21,082 nt of DNA from Chthonomonadales bacterium (GTDB lineage Bacteria > Armatimonadota > Chthonomonadetes > Chthonomonadales > Chthonomonadaceae): positions 1-21,082 of the forward strand of contig JBBQPO010000081.1 in assembly GCA_038217285.1 (NCBI GenBank), written 5' to 3'. Under the pieces are notes generated by a model, which did not search any database, had not been told where the DNA came from, and saw only the letters and a program-made list of their open reading frames with translations. Position 1 is the stretch's first letter; each line of letters begins with the position of its first letter. Shown here piece by piece: positions 9,370 through 17,331 of this stretch. The translations under genes were made by a program, and so were the position numbers.

Positions 9370-10875
9370 ATGAGCGATAGTTTGCAACAGTTCAAGGCTC
9401 AGATCGCGACGATCTCGCGTCTGGGCCAGGCCGCCGGTTTACTGGGCTGGGACCAACAGACCTATATGCCCTCCGGCGCGGCGATAGCGCGCTCCGAACA
9501 GATGGCGACCCTCGGCGGGTTCCTGCATGAGCTCTCGACCTCCGACAAGCTCGGCAGTCTGCTGGCAGGCGCCGAGGCGGAAGTCGCCGGACAGCCCGAC
9601 GACAGCGACGATCTCCGTATGGTGCGGGTCGCCCGCCGCGAGTTCGACAAGGCGACCAAGCTGCCGTTGGAACTGGTCACGGAGATCGCGCGCCATACCG
9701 CCATTGGGCAGGATGTCTGGGCACGGGCGCGACATGCCGACGACTTCGCCATGTTCGCGCCGGTTTTAGAAAAAATGCTCGACCTCACGCGTCAATCGGC
9801 GCAATGTCTGGGCTACAAAGACCATATCTACGATGCGCTGATCGAGAACTACGAGCCCGGCACCACCACGGCGGATGTCGCTGCTATGTTCGCGGAGCTA
9901 AAGCCGGACCTGGTCGCGCTGACCCACGCCATCGCCCATAGCAAGCGACCGGTGGACGACAGCGTCTTGCATGGCGATTTCCCCACGGAGCAGCAAAAGG
10001 CGTTGACCCTGTCGGTCGTCGCCGCCATCGGCTACGATCTGACACGCGGTCGTCAGGATATTGCCGAACATCCGTTCTGCGCCAACTTCTCCCGCGACGA
10101 TGTCCGGATCACCACCCGCTTCGACCCGAAGTTCCTCAATCAGTCTCTCTACGCTTCCCTGCACGAAGCCGGTCATGCGATGTACGAACAGGGCTCCCCC
10201 GTGGCCTACGAGGCGACGACGCTGGCGGGAGGCGCGTCACTGGGCATACATGAGAGCCAGTCCCGGCTCTGGGAGAATCTGGTCGGGCGCAGCCGCGGCT
10301 TCTGTCGCTGGATCTTCCCGCAACTGCAGGCCCACTTCCCCGACGCGCTGGCGCACTCCGACGCCGAAGCCTTCTATCGGGCCATCAACAAGGTCACTCC
10401 CTCGCTTATTCGTGTCGAAGCCGACGAGGTGACCTACAACCTGCACACGCTCCTGCGTTTCGAACTGGAGTGCGACCTGCTGACCGGTGCGCTCGCCGTT
10501 GCGGATCTGCCCGCCGCCTGGCACGCCAAAATGGAGGCGTATCTCGGCGTCACCCCTCCCAACAATGCCGAGGGCGTCCTGCAGGATGTCCACTGGTCGT
10601 GCGGGCTTATCGGCTACTTCCCGACCTACTCCGTCGGTAACCTGCTCTCCGCCCAGCTCTGGGAAGCCGCCAAAGCGGCGCTGCCTGATCTTGACGCGCA
10701 GATCGAGCGCGGCGAGTTCGCTTCTCTGCTCGGCTGGCTGCGTACCAACGTGCACGCCTACGGCTCGAAATACCTGCCGAAGGAGCTGGTCCTGAAAGCC
10801 ACCGGCAAGCCGCTCTCCTCGCGGGCCTACATGACCTATCTCACCACCAAATATAGCGACATCTACGCCCTATAG
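9370..10875 (+). CDS. Carboxypeptidase, peptidase family M32
   Basis: Motifs LLGWDQQTYMP, HPF, DVRITTR, zinc-binding HEAGH, HESQSR, IRVEADEVTYNLH, QDVHW and GYFPTY. ATG 9370 follows GGAGA. Confidence 0.95.
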   Translation: MSDSLQQFKAQIATISRLGQAAGLLGWDQQTYMPSGAAIARSEQMATLGGFLHELSTSDKLGSLLAGAEAEVAGQPDDSDDLRMVRVARREFDKATKLPLELVTEIARHTAIGQDVWARARHADDFAMFAPVLEKMLDLTRQSAQCLGYKDHIYDALIENYEPGTTTADVAAMFAELKPDLVALTHAIAHSKRPVDDSVLHGDFPTEQQKALTLSVVAAIGYDLTRGRQDIAEHPFCANFSRDDVRITTRFDPKFLNQSLYASLHEAGHAMYEQGSPVAYEATTLAGGASLGIHESQSRLWENLVGRSRGFCRWIFPQLQAHFPDALAHSDAEAFYRAINKVTPSLIRVEADEVTYNLHTLLRFELECDLLTGALAVADLPAAWHAKMEAYLGVTPPNNAEGVLQDVHWSCGLIGYFPTYSVGNLLSAQLWEAAKAALPDLDAQIERGEFASLLGWLRTNVHAYGSKYLPKELVLKATGKPLSSRAYMTYLTTKYSDIYAL

Positions 10876-10968
10876 GAGTTGTGACCCATTTAGCGCCGCG
10901 ATCCTGGATACGATAGAGGACCAAAAGGTACTTGGCGTACCGATGATCGATGCGTTTGCAGGAGGATT

Positions 10969-11452
10969 ATGGACGAGCCAGAACTGCCGGATCCGCCTAC
11001 GGTCCCTGTGGGAGACCTTATCTGGATAGCAGGCGGAAATTTTGACCGTGTCAAGGTGACTTTAAGGATCTGCGGCGACGATCTCGACCCCGATCAGATC
11101 TCTGCGCAGCTAGGTTGCGAACCGACAATGTCTCATCGCAAAGGGGATCGACTGCCCAGCGCGCTATCGGCGCATCGCCAAGACGGGCCGGTGGCATCTC
11201 AGCTCTGCGCCAGAGGAGTCCGGCACACTCGAAGAACATCTGCACCGCCTGCTCGTCAGCGTCTCGTCTGATCTTGCGATATGGGAAGCACTGAAAAGGT
11301 TCCCCCACGACATCTTCTGTGGCATCCATCTGAAGGAGTGGAGCGGGGGATCGCTTTCGCCGCAGTTGATGGCGCTTCTGGCCGAACGCGACCTGACATT
11401 GGAACTCGATGTCTACTGCAGCGACGAAAGTTCGGCCGATGGGAAAAAGTAA
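10969..11452 (+). pseudogene. DUF4279-like protein interrupted by one frameshift near 11160
   Basis: The first frame gives VTLRICGDDLDPDQISAQLGCEPTMSHRKGD. The +1 frame from 11162 continues RYRRIAKTGRWHLS...DIFCGIHL...LSPQLMALLAERDLTLELDVY to TAA 11450-11452. Both halves fit the DUF4279 pattern. GGAGG Shine-Dalgarno upstream. Confidence 0.72.
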
Positions 11453-11464
11453 AGCCCCCGGCTG

Positions 11465-12706
11465 TTAACGCCGAACCGGCACGAGCGAATCACCGGAGAA
11501 GGCCGCGAGAGACGATCTGAACTCGTGGTGGCTCTGCTCTCCCTTGCTCTCTTCAACAGGTGTTCCCGGCCGCAGCAGTTCCGCTGGCTCCGTGTCCGCG
11601 ACGCCCTGCGCCGGTCTGAGGAGCGTATCGGTGGGAGCTTCCGAGAGAGCGGAGGCGCGCAGGAGGGTCTGGCTCGCCTGCTGCTGGGCATAACGCGTTT
11701 GCAGGTAGGGAAGGCAGTCCTGCGCCGCCCCGCGCACTCTGAAGGGGTCCGCCGTCACGACCCGGCCGGACGCCAGGCTCTCCACCACCGGAAGCGCCCT
11801 GCCGTCGCCCACCTGTTCCAGAGCCGCGAGGGCCGCGATGAGGAAGTCCGCATTCTTGACGTTACGGGTGAGGGTGCGGCCGAGCGCGGCGTGCTGCGAC
11901 TCCGTCAGCAGCGAAGTGTCACTGGCCTTCAGGCGCGGCAGCAGACGGGTGAGGAGGTGTGCCGCCATAGTGTTGGCATGACCGTCCTCGATGGAGGCGA
12001 TTTCGAGAAGGGGGCCGACGACGCGCAGATCATCGGCACCGGCGAGCTCATTCATCATCGCCTTGAGGCGAGACAGTCCTCGGAACGTATAGGCGAAGGT
12101 GATGGCCATCGAGCCGATCGCGATGCCCAGCAGAGGCGTATTCCCCTGTTGATGGGTCAGCGTCTGGGCGACAAGGTTTCCGACCGCAGAGCCAGCGGCC
12201 AGGGACGCGCTTGCGCCGATGGTGAGGGTGTTTTTCTGACGCTGGCGGACCGCAGCCTGGAACTGTTCCAGAAGGGCCTCCACATGGTGCGGGTGTGCCT
12301 CGGTGCGTTCGAGGCTTTCCGCTCCTGCCGCCTGTTCCTCGGGCGGCAGGGCGTCCAGAGTGGTCAGGGCGCGGCGCAGGACCGCAGCGAAGTGCGGGTT
12401 GTAGCGCCAGAAGACGAGGCGGTCGGCGCTCTGCCGCAGGGTGCGCTGCAGGCGTGCCCGCTGCGCGTCGGTCAGCATCTCCGCATCCGAAGGCTGCAGG
12501 CGGGGCAGAAGACGGGTCAGCACCGAGACGACCAGCGAGTAAGAGGGCTCACCAAGCGCGAGCGCTTCCGTCAGCGCACCGACGGCCCGCAGGTCGTCGG
12601 TATTCGCCAAATCGGTGACCGCTTTACGCGCGCGGAACGAGATCCACGTGCGGCGCGTAGGCGTGACTTCGCTCTCCGCCTCTTCCCCCTGCTCCTGCTT
12701 CAACAT
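11465..12706 (-). CDS. Hypothetical membrane protein with duplicated HEAT-like helical modules and a triple LLR(A/P) tail
   Basis: 413-aa ORF with a GGAGG Shine-Dalgarno. Two copies of DDLRxVGxLxE...LTRLLPRLxxSDxxxLTxxQ surround two hydrophobic segments. C-terminus contains TLLRAS...TLLRPA...TEPAELLRP. Confidence 0.8.
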   Translation of the reverse strand: MLKQEQGEEAESEVTPTRRTWISFRARKAVTDLANTDDLRAVGALTEALALGEPSYSLVVSVLTRLLPRLQPSDAEMLTDAQRARLQRTLRQSADRLVFWRYNPHFAAVLRRALTTLDALPPEEQAAGAESLERTEAHPHHVEALLEQFQAAVRQRQKNTLTIGASASLAAGSAVGNLVAQTLTHQQGNTPLLGIAIGSMAITFAYTFRGLSRLKAMMNELAGADDLRVVGPLLEIASIEDGHANTMAAHLLTRLLPRLKASDTSLLTESQHAALGRTLTRNVKNADFLIAALAALEQVGDGRALPVVESLASGRVVTADPFRVRGAAQDCLPYLQTRYAQQQASQTLLRASALSEAPTDTLLRPAQGVADTEPAELLRPGTPVEESKGEQSHHEFRSSLAAFSGDSLVPVRR

Positions 12707-12909
12707 ACTCTGCTGCCTCCTCGCGGCTCGCGTCTACTGATCTGTTCTGTCTCGTTACGCAGTCCGGACTCTCTGCCCTGTTCGTGCCCTGATGTTATAG
12801 ACGGCTCTGGTCTCGATCCTGAAATGAAAACTGCGATGATCTGTCGAATAGTATAGTCGATCCTGGCCAGCATTTCCCCTTGCCGCCCAGACGAAGGAGC
12901 AGCATCGTG

Positions 12910-13549
12910 ATGCTACGAACCGAACCAGCAGAGACGACTCCTGTCCATGCGCCTCTCGTTGCACCCGAGACGTCCGAAACGTTTAGCGCACCGACGGAAC
13001 TTGTCTCCTCGGATAAGGATGCCCTGTTGGCGGAACTTATGGCCCGTGTTGAAGAAGGCATCGCTCGTAACAAGGGCCGAAGCAAGCTTTTCCGCAGGGT
13101 ATCGCAGCACTTGACGACCTTTACCTTTCTTCGGTATCAGGGCCAGTGTTCAGGCAAATTCGCCTATTCTCGGGCTCCTCCATGTCATGGCCTGTGTAGG
13201 CCAGAGCTCGATCAAAACCGAATTTCGCAGCACGAAGTCGGTGGCTCTTTTGCCTATTTTGGACAGAGGGGCGCGTGGCGAGGAGTCTGGTCAAGACCCG
13301 GCGGTACAGCAGGCGGCGGCCGCCTGTCGGGAGGCGATACAGCAGAAGTTGGCGCTGGCCCGTTCCGGCGAACAGCTCTTGCGTGCATCCTGTTCTACCG
13401 CCGACGGTCCCGAAGTCCTGCTGCGCCCTGCTATGGGTGCGGGGAAGACCGACCCACAGGAACTACTTCGCCCAAGCGCATCCGACCCTGGCCCTGCCGA
13501 CGCGAAGGCACCAAGAGCGCCCAGAGCCGACGCGGGCCGCAGCGAATAG
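12910..13549 (+). pseudogene. Frameshifted and probably internally deleted paralog of the LLRP-tail family
   Basis: AAGGAG plus ATG 12910 open an N-terminal part (...ALLAELMARVEEG...). After about 13115-13180 a different frame carries ILGLLHVMACVG...LPILD...AAAAC...QLLRAS...VLLRPA...TDPQELLRP to TAG 13547-13549, matching the C-terminal half of 11465-12706. Confidence 0.68.
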
Positions 13550-13593
13550 CCCGTCCCTATTTCGGAAATTTCCTATTTGCGCGCTTTCTGAGA

Positions 13594-13672
13594 TATAATC
13601 TATGTTGCAGGCGATGCCCCGCAGAACCAGACGCTTTGTCGGGGCGAGGGTGTTTTTTAACCAGACGCCTGC
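13594..13672 (+). promoter_or_regulatory. -10 box and structured 5' leader of the metal transporter gene
   Basis: TATAAT at 13594-13599. GCAGGCG (13607-13613) pairs with CGCCTGC (13666-13672) and encloses a GCCCCG/CGGGGC stem. AACCAGACGC occurs twice. Confidence 0.45.
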
Positions 13673-13720
13673 GAGCCAGCGCCGAAGCCAGGGGCTGCCT
13701 CTCCCATTTTAGAAAGCGAA

Positions 13721-14443
13721 ATGAATCACCTGAAGGATCCGTCGTTTCCGGCCTTGCTGTTCGGGACGCTTACGATAGCCGCACTCCATGCGCTGATTCC
13801 GTCTCACTGGCTGGCCTTTGCCCTGGTGGGTCGGGCGAAGCGATGGCCGATGCGGCGCACCCTGCTTGTCACAATGCTGGCCGGAACTGGCCATGCCCTG
13901 CTGACGACGATATTGGGCCTGCTGGTCGCGAGTGTCGGCAAAGGACTGCAGCGCGCCATTCCGCCCCAGGCGGAACACGCCGCGACAGGCAGTGTTCTGA
14001 TCCTGCTCGGGCTCTATTTCGTCTATCCGGCCTTGCGGGGACGTTCGACCGGCTGCCAACATCCCGCCCATGCTCCCGATCCCGTGCACGACCATGACGC
14101 GGCTCCGGCCGGACACAGTCACGCGGGTCACTCCCCGACGACACTGGCGCAGCGGCTTGGCTCCGCGCCCTCGGTGATGGGAGTCCTGGTGTTGGGAATG
14201 ACGCTCTCCCCGTGCCTCGACCTGCTTTCTGTCTACGTGGCCGCCTCCGCGCTCTCCTGGCCGCTGCTGCTGCTGATCAGCCTGATGATGGCGACGACGA
14301 CTGTGGCGATCATGTCTTTGCTAGTCTGGCTGGCGCTGCATGGGCTGGAGATGCTCCATCTGGCCTGGCTGGAGCGTAACGAAGGTCTGGTGGTGGGTCT
14401 CTTACTGATCGCGCTCGGCGTCTTGCTGTTCTTTCTAAAGTAG
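13721..14443 (+). CDS. Nickel/cobalt transporter-like membrane protein (NiCoT/RcnA/UreH-related)
   Basis: AALHALIPSHW (H-A-x-x-P-x-H-W) motif, a GH motif in the second helix, a His-rich loop CQHPAHAPDPVHDHDAAPAGHSHAGH, an LSPC motif and about six hydrophobic helices. Confidence 0.82.
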   Translation: MNHLKDPSFPALLFGTLTIAALHALIPSHWLAFALVGRAKRWPMRRTLLVTMLAGTGHALLTTILGLLVASVGKGLQRAIPPQAEHAATGSVLILLGLYFVYPALRGRSTGCQHPAHAPDPVHDHDAAPAGHSHAGHSPTTLAQRLGSAPSVMGVLVLGMTLSPCLDLLSVYVAASALSWPLLLLISLMMATTTVAIMSLLVWLALHGLEMLHLAWLERNEGLVVGLLLIALGVLLFFLK

Positions 14444-14500
14444 CGTGTGGCGACACTCGGCCGCGGGCCCCGAGAGCGCCTCCGTGGGAGAGGGCGATGG
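14314..14500 (+). repeat. Direct repeat 1, left copy (transporter 3' end, spacer and ATGG of a comF start)
   Basis: Aligns with 17184-17331 with 7 mismatches over 148 aligned bp. A 39-bp segment is present only in this copy. Confidence 0.95.
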
Positions 14501-14530
14501 GAGGTGAAGCCCGCCATCCCACAACATGTT

Positions 14531-16408
14531 TCAGGCGAGAGTGAGGTCTGACACCAACGACATCCCTGTTTTAGGTTTGATGACGGCGACCTTTTTCTTC
14601 GCGTCCGTCGGAACGAGTTGCAGATACATCTGGTTGATGATCTGATTTGCACCGTAACCACCAGGGAGAAGAACAAAGAGCTTCCCATACTCCTTCGCCC
14701 AATCACGCCCCTTCTCCGTCATCTCATGGCTCGCGAAATTCTTCACAACCACTATCAGGTCCGCACGAGAAATCATCGCTTTGAACTTGTTCATGCGGTC
14801 GCCCTTTTTACTGTCGGCCCATTCAACGTCCGCACATCCGAGCAATTCTTTCAGTTTCTGCGCCACCTGCGGGCGCGCAGAACCGCCGAGAATGAGCACT
14901 TTCTGGTTCTCCACCAGCAGACGCAAATAGGCAGTGCTCTGCGTTACCAGATCATCGTGAAGATCCGCCTCGTCCTCTATAACTTCCGCATCCAGATTAG
15001 GGACGAGATCCATTCCCTTGCGTTTGCGTTCTGCCAGCACGGCGTCCAAGAATTTCGCATAGTGGGACAGGTCTTTCAGGAGCACAGGGGCGGCATTAAG
15101 TAGCACACTTCGCACCTGCACGTTCGTGGGTGGAATGTTTGCCTCGATGCAGGCGTCCAGCAGGGGCAGTAGTTTAGCACGCTTCGCCGTCACCGCAGCC
15201 TCAGAAAGTTCATGCATGTTGCTTTCGTCCTGCCATTTTAGCATGGGCTGGAGGGCTTCCGCTTTGCGCGCGTCCTTCTCGCGCTTCTCCCGAGCGCCTT
15301 CGGCATCCCGCTTTGCCCTGGCGAACATCGTTGGCAGCGTCTGCGCCAATCTTTCCAACTCTTCCCAGGGCGTATCGACATGAAGCGAACTCAAGAAGCC
15401 CACATGGTTCGCCGCTTCCCGCAGGCCACCGAAAAGGTCACCTTGCAGCCGGTCACTTCCCCCGTATTCTTCAAGAGCACGGAACAGCATCTGTTGCGCC
15501 GCCCCAATTGCGTTCACGAGGCCATGCGGAGCGGCCTGTCCCAGCTCTTCACAATGATAACCGTACCAGTCAAACGCCTCCTGAGCTTCCGCCAAGACCG
15601 TATAAAGACCCGACAGTTCCTCCCAGGCGTCTGCGGAGAGCCGATCTGCTGTATCTATCCAGGCGCTCTCATCAAATGGCAGCGCTTCCCAGCTATCCCC
15701 TGCATAGACGCGGGCAAGTTCCATTCGATTACGAAGTTCCGTCGCGGCCCTTTCAATCTGCGGTCCCACGCTCGTCTCTTCCGCCTGCACCTGAATTCGC
15801 GCGAGCGTACAGGTGAGTGAGCGCATACGGAAACAGGCAGGACGGTTGAGGAAGCGATCTTTCGGGTGCAACCCTTCTTTATCCAACTCCACCCATTGCG
15901 TCGAAAGCGCCACAATCTCGCCAAACCATGCCTCCTCTTGCTCTTTGCTGACTTCGGTAGGAACAACAATGGGAGCAGCAGGCAGGTCGTAAGCGGCCTC
16001 TCCTTCCTCGACAGTGTCCACTTCGGTCGAAGGGATTGGGACATCAGGTGTTTCGGCGCAGGCTTTGTCATACGCGATGATCGGGCTTACCGCGAGCATG
16101 GGTTCAACCGATAGTGCAGGCACGCTCTGAACAACGGTATGTGGCGTAAGAGCGAAAGCCAGGATGAGACGCCGCTCGAATTCAGCAAGAACGCCCTCCA
16201 ACTCCGTCGCAATGTCCGTATCATGGTCCTGCTGCGCAGCGTCCATTTCTTCCCTGACAAGAGCGATGGCAGCGGACAAATGTTCGATACGGAGGCGCGC
16301 CTCGCGGCGCTGTTCGCGGCGTGTGCGAACACTCTTCAGGTAGCTGTCCAACGCCTCCAGCGACTCAAAGATCGTCGGATCAATCAGCATATTATCTTCG
16401 CAATTCAT
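14531..16408 (-). CDS. Large helical protein with a C-terminal DUF2325-like (receiver/flavodoxin-like) domain
   Basis: 625-aa ORF. The C-terminus KVLILGG...VEW...ADLIVVVKNFASHEM...AKEYGKLFVLLPGGYG matches my recollection of the DUF2325 pattern. The N-terminus is coiled-coil-like with an acidic linker. The start may be 16408 or 16390. Confidence 0.72.
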   Translation of the reverse strand: MNCEDNMLIDPTIFESLEALDSYLKSVRTRREQRREARLRIEHLSAAIALVREEMDAAQQDHDTDIATELEGVLAEFERRLILAFALTPHTVVQSVPALSVEPMLAVSPIIAYDKACAETPDVPIPSTEVDTVEEGEAAYDLPAAPIVVPTEVSKEQEEAWFGEIVALSTQWVELDKEGLHPKDRFLNRPACFRMRSLTCTLARIQVQAEETSVGPQIERAATELRNRMELARVYAGDSWEALPFDESAWIDTADRLSADAWEELSGLYTVLAEAQEAFDWYGYHCEELGQAAPHGLVNAIGAAQQMLFRALEEYGGSDRLQGDLFGGLREAANHVGFLSSLHVDTPWEELERLAQTLPTMFARAKRDAEGAREKREKDARKAEALQPMLKWQDESNMHELSEAAVTAKRAKLLPLLDACIEANIPPTNVQVRSVLLNAAPVLLKDLSHYAKFLDAVLAERKRKGMDLVPNLDAEVIEDEADLHDDLVTQSTAYLRLLVENQKVLILGGSARPQVAQKLKELLGCADVEWADSKKGDRMNKFKAMISRADLIVVVKNFASHEMTEKGRDWAKEYGKLFVLLPGGYGANQIINQMYLQLVPTDAKKKVAVIKPKTGMSLVSDLTLA

Positions 16409-16659
16409 CGTGTTCTCACTTTCTTTTTATCGAGCCATAGAACCCGCTATTTGATTAGTCCGCGATACAAGCACGCATCTTCTATGCTGCGTTTCCTGTT
16501 TTCCAGTCAGCGGTTCCAGTCGATAGCAGGAGCGGGCTATAAACCCAAACGCAGTCTTGCTGACTATCTATCTACCTAATCCTTGCGCTCCCTCGTCCAA
16601 CGCAACTCCACTACTCCCCCTCGGTTACTCTTTAGAGAGAAAAATCTCCCCTGTCTGAG

Positions 16660-16929
16660 CACTTATCTTGTCTCTCAGATTTGTCGTGACAAGGGATCCC
16701 CTCTTCGCGCCTTGCGGCCCGCCCGTAAACGAGCGGTCTGAGGCGGCAAGCCCCATAAATGGGGCTGTGTCCGGCGTTACCAGGTGGTTCCGTCAGGTTG
16801 TGGAGATCGATCCTTGCTTCTGTTGGACAGATCAATCCCGCTTCCAACCCGCACAGGCCCATTCATGGGCCTTGACATACCCAGCAGGCCGCTCCTTTAG
16901 GGGCGGCGGTCTACGGGATAAGATAAGTG
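16660..16929. mobile_element. 270-bp non-autonomous foldback element (MITE/REPIN-like) with a 6-bp target-site duplication
   Basis: Terminal inverted repeats CACTTATCTTGTCTC (16660-16674) and GGGATAAGATAAGTG (16915-16929). TCTGAG lies immediately outside both ends (16654-16659, 16930-16935). Inverted hairpin doublets lie inside. Confidence 0.8.
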
Positions 16930-17013
16930 TCTGAGCAAGAGCGGGATCAACGGGTTTTTGATGCATCGAGATTGTTCCTGTCATCGTTCTGGTGTCGCCA
17001 CATTCTTCCACTG

Positions 17014-17042
17014 AGTATAACAAGCGGGTGGCAGTTCGTCAA
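17014..17042 (-). promoter_or_regulatory. Near-consensus sigma-70 promoter pointing toward the 625-aa gene
   Basis: Minus strand reads TTGACG (17042-17037), 17-bp spacer, TG-n-TATACT (17019-17014). Confidence 0.7.
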
Positions 17043-17183
17043 GGTTGAAAGAACAACGCGCGGAGACCAAAACAAAGTTAGTGACGACCGAGCGCATAAA
17101 AGGGCCTCTTCCCGGCAAAGGCAAAATCGCGCAGTAGTACAGTCTCTTACAAGTAGGGTATGATCGTATACCAATGCAATGTA

Positions 17184-17331
17184 GTCTTTGCTGGTCTGGC
17201 TGGAGCGTAACGAAGGTCTGGTGGTGGGTCTCTTACTGGTCGCGCTCGGCCTCTTGCTGTTCTTTCTAAAGTAGCGTGGGGCGACATGCGGCCGCTGGCC
17301 CCGAGAGCGCCTCCGTGGGAGAGGGCGATGG
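17184..17331 (+). repeat. Direct repeat 1, right copy (orphan transporter 3' end, spacer and the real comF start)
   Basis: Encodes SLLVWLERNEGLVVGLLLVALGLLLFFLK-stop (TAG 17272-17274). Lacks the 39 bp lying between two CTGGCTGG octamers of the left copy. Confidence 0.95.

Larger units (their letters stand above)
14501..17183. mobile_element. Islet 1: repeat-bounded inserted segment between the transporter and comF
   Basis: Flanked by direct repeat 1. Visibly more AT-rich than the core genes. Holds one large gene and a foldback element, and no recognisable integrase. Confidence 0.7.

Noticed and set aside
84-11329. Long antisense ORFs such as 84-1013, 2599-3180, 3337-4095, 6031-7191, 7663-8325 and 10237-10755
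   Set aside because: These are shadow ORFs typical of GC-rich DNA and fully overlap well-supported genes on the opposite strand.
12880-14097. 405-aa plus-strand ORF in the track
   Set aside because: Only about the first 80 codons look protein-like. The rest runs out of frame over the LLRP-tail remnant and the transporter gene.
16551-16625. GGGGGAGTAG ... CAGCAAGAC on the minus strand, reminiscent of a yybP-ykoY manganese riboswitch
   Set aside because: The closing stem pairs poorly, the internal CGTCA-type loop is missing, and the downstream gene is not a metal transporter.
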